NCBI GenBank assembly: GCA_950097015.1 | Contig: CATNEN010000039.1 | Coordinates: 3,720,001-3,784,000 of the forward strand | Source of the DNA: Macrostomum hystrix | Lineage: Eukaryota > Animalia > Platyhelminthes | Length of the DNA: 64,000 nucleotides | Reading direction: 5' to 3' | Part shown: piece by piece, positions 62,661 through 64,000 of the stretch | How the letters are laid out: each line of letters begins with the position of its first letter | Position numbering within the stretch: position 1 is the stretch's first letter | The notes under the pieces: generated by a model | Databases searched by the model: none | Told to the model about the DNA's origin: nothing | The model's input: only the letters and a program-made list of their open reading frames with translations | Position numbers and translations under genes: made by a program

Positions 62661-63929
62661 CACCTTTTTACTTTCTATTATAGAAAAGGTGCACTCGATA
62701 TTGACATCGTTGCATCCAATTGTGACAGTCTGTGGCAGCGCTAGCTAAAATGTTCAACCTATTTTGACACACTTTGGTTCACTTCTGACAATTTGCATCC
62801 GATATTGACAAACTTCAAGCTTTGTTGACACTTTGCAAGCAACTATGACATCGGGCAATCGATTCTGACACCGGGTTACAAATCAATGCCTTTGTCTCGC
62901 TGTCTATGGGAACAAGTCTGCTCATATGCATCCATCTTTGACACTGTGCATCCAAAATTGACACAACATGATTGACACAACACAAGTAATAACTTTTCCA
63001 CAAACTATTCCTTTTTGCCATAGACTACGTGTACCATATACACCTTTTTACTTTCTATTATAGAAAAGGTGCACTCGATATTGACATCGTTGCATCCAAT
63101 TTTGACAGTCTGTGGCAGTGCTAGCTAAAATGTTCAACCTATTTTGACACACTTTGGTTCACATTGAACATTTTAGCTAGCACTGCCACAGACTGTCAAA
63201 ATTGGATGCAACGATGTCAATATCGAGTGCACCTTTTCTACAATAGAAAGTAAAAAGGTGTACGAGCAATGTGGCCTACGTGTGACATGGATTTAGGTTT
63301 CCGATGAATACATAGTTGTTGTCCTATTAAACATTTTCTCGGTTAGCCCTGCCGTTTAGCCTTTTGTATGGCCGGGGCGCGTGTCAACGTCAAAGTCAGC
63401 GAAGACGACAGGAGGCGCTTAATGAAAATGGTGACGACTTCGTTCACCTTGCTCATGCTTTAGGTATCAAGAGAACCACTGCGCATGCTATTGTTAGCAG
63501 TGGACGAGTAGAAAAGTTACCAAAAGGTGGCCGTACATTCATACGAGTGGAATTTGTTCGTACGTTACTTGAGGAAAAGTTATTACTTGAAGTACATTAG
63601 AGCAATATTATGTGAATAATGTTGTGTCAATTTTGGATGCACAGTGTCAAAGATGGATGCATATGAGCAGACTTGTTCCCATAGACAGCGAGACAAAGGC
63701 ATTGATTTGTAACCCGGTGTCAGAATCGATTTTGCCCGATGTCATAGTTGGTTGCAAAGTGTCAACAAAGCTTGAAGTTTGTCAATATCGGATGCAAATT
63801 GTCAGAAGTGAACCAAAGTGTGTCAAAATAGGTTGAACATTTTAGCTAGCACTGCCACAGACTGTCAAAATTGGATGCAACGATGTCAATATCGAGTGCA
63901 CCTTTTCTACAATAGAAAGTAAAAAGGTG
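62661..63929 (+). mobile_element. Non-autonomous Tc1/IS630-superfamily element with ~310-bp TIRs and an HTH remnant
   Basis: TIRs at 62661-62969 and 63620-63929, TA TSD. Internal DFVHLAHALGIKRTTAHAIV..LPKGGRT is similar to the 16.9-kb remnant. Confidence 0.85.
63041..63260. mobile_element. 220-bp MITE of the same family nested inside 62661-63929
   Basis: Consists only of the two TIR ends (caccttttta...taaaaaggtg), flanked by TA on both sides. Confidence 0.85.
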
Positions 63930-64000
63930 TAGGCCAAAGAAACGAAATCAGGGGGGTATTATTCTATACGAGTGTGGGAATATTATGTAGTTTACCCTAG

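Larger units (their letters stand above)
62555..63962. mobile_element. Palindromic MITE-like host element interrupted by the long-TIR element
   Basis: Removing 62661-63931 restores the inverted repeat ataatacccccctgaaatcgtt..ggcctaggaacggct / agccgttcctaggcc..aacgaaatcaggggggtattat. Confidence 0.7.

Overview
Eukaryotic (metazoan) genomic DNA with spliced, GC-rich exons and AT-rich or minisatellite-filled introns. The style suggests a free-living flatworm such as Macrostomum, but this is inference only. Nine protein-coding genes were reconstructed by hand from GT-AG junctions and frame continuity. On the minus strand: WDR93 (runs off the left edge), a CUB-like/C-type-lectin/TM/PY-motif receptor, ABHD8, a UBA-domain Q-rich UBAP2/lingerer-like protein and malonyl-CoA decarboxylase MLYCD. 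On the plus strand: a divergent GH47 alpha-1,2-mannosidase-like gene nested antisense in a WDR93 intron, a CAMTA with a degenerate CG-1 domain, ISCA2 and a CS-domain-only protein. About 17 kb (roughly a quarter of the window) is made of over 20 different minisatellite arrays, usually one private array per larger intron or UTR. Mobile DNA includes a 5'-truncated RTE-clade LINE with a TSD, degenerate RTE copies, a decayed Tc1, long-TIR non-autonomous Tc1/IS630-like elements (one in a three-level nest), hAT-type MITEs and a tRNA-headed SINE family. The most intriguing pattern is that three co-oriented minus-strand genes have no visible in-frame ATG at their 5' end and begin at a phase-0 splice acceptor. 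That is what would be expected if a flatworm spliced leader, which ends in AUG, supplies the start codon. Family assignments come from remembered motifs, not from database searches.
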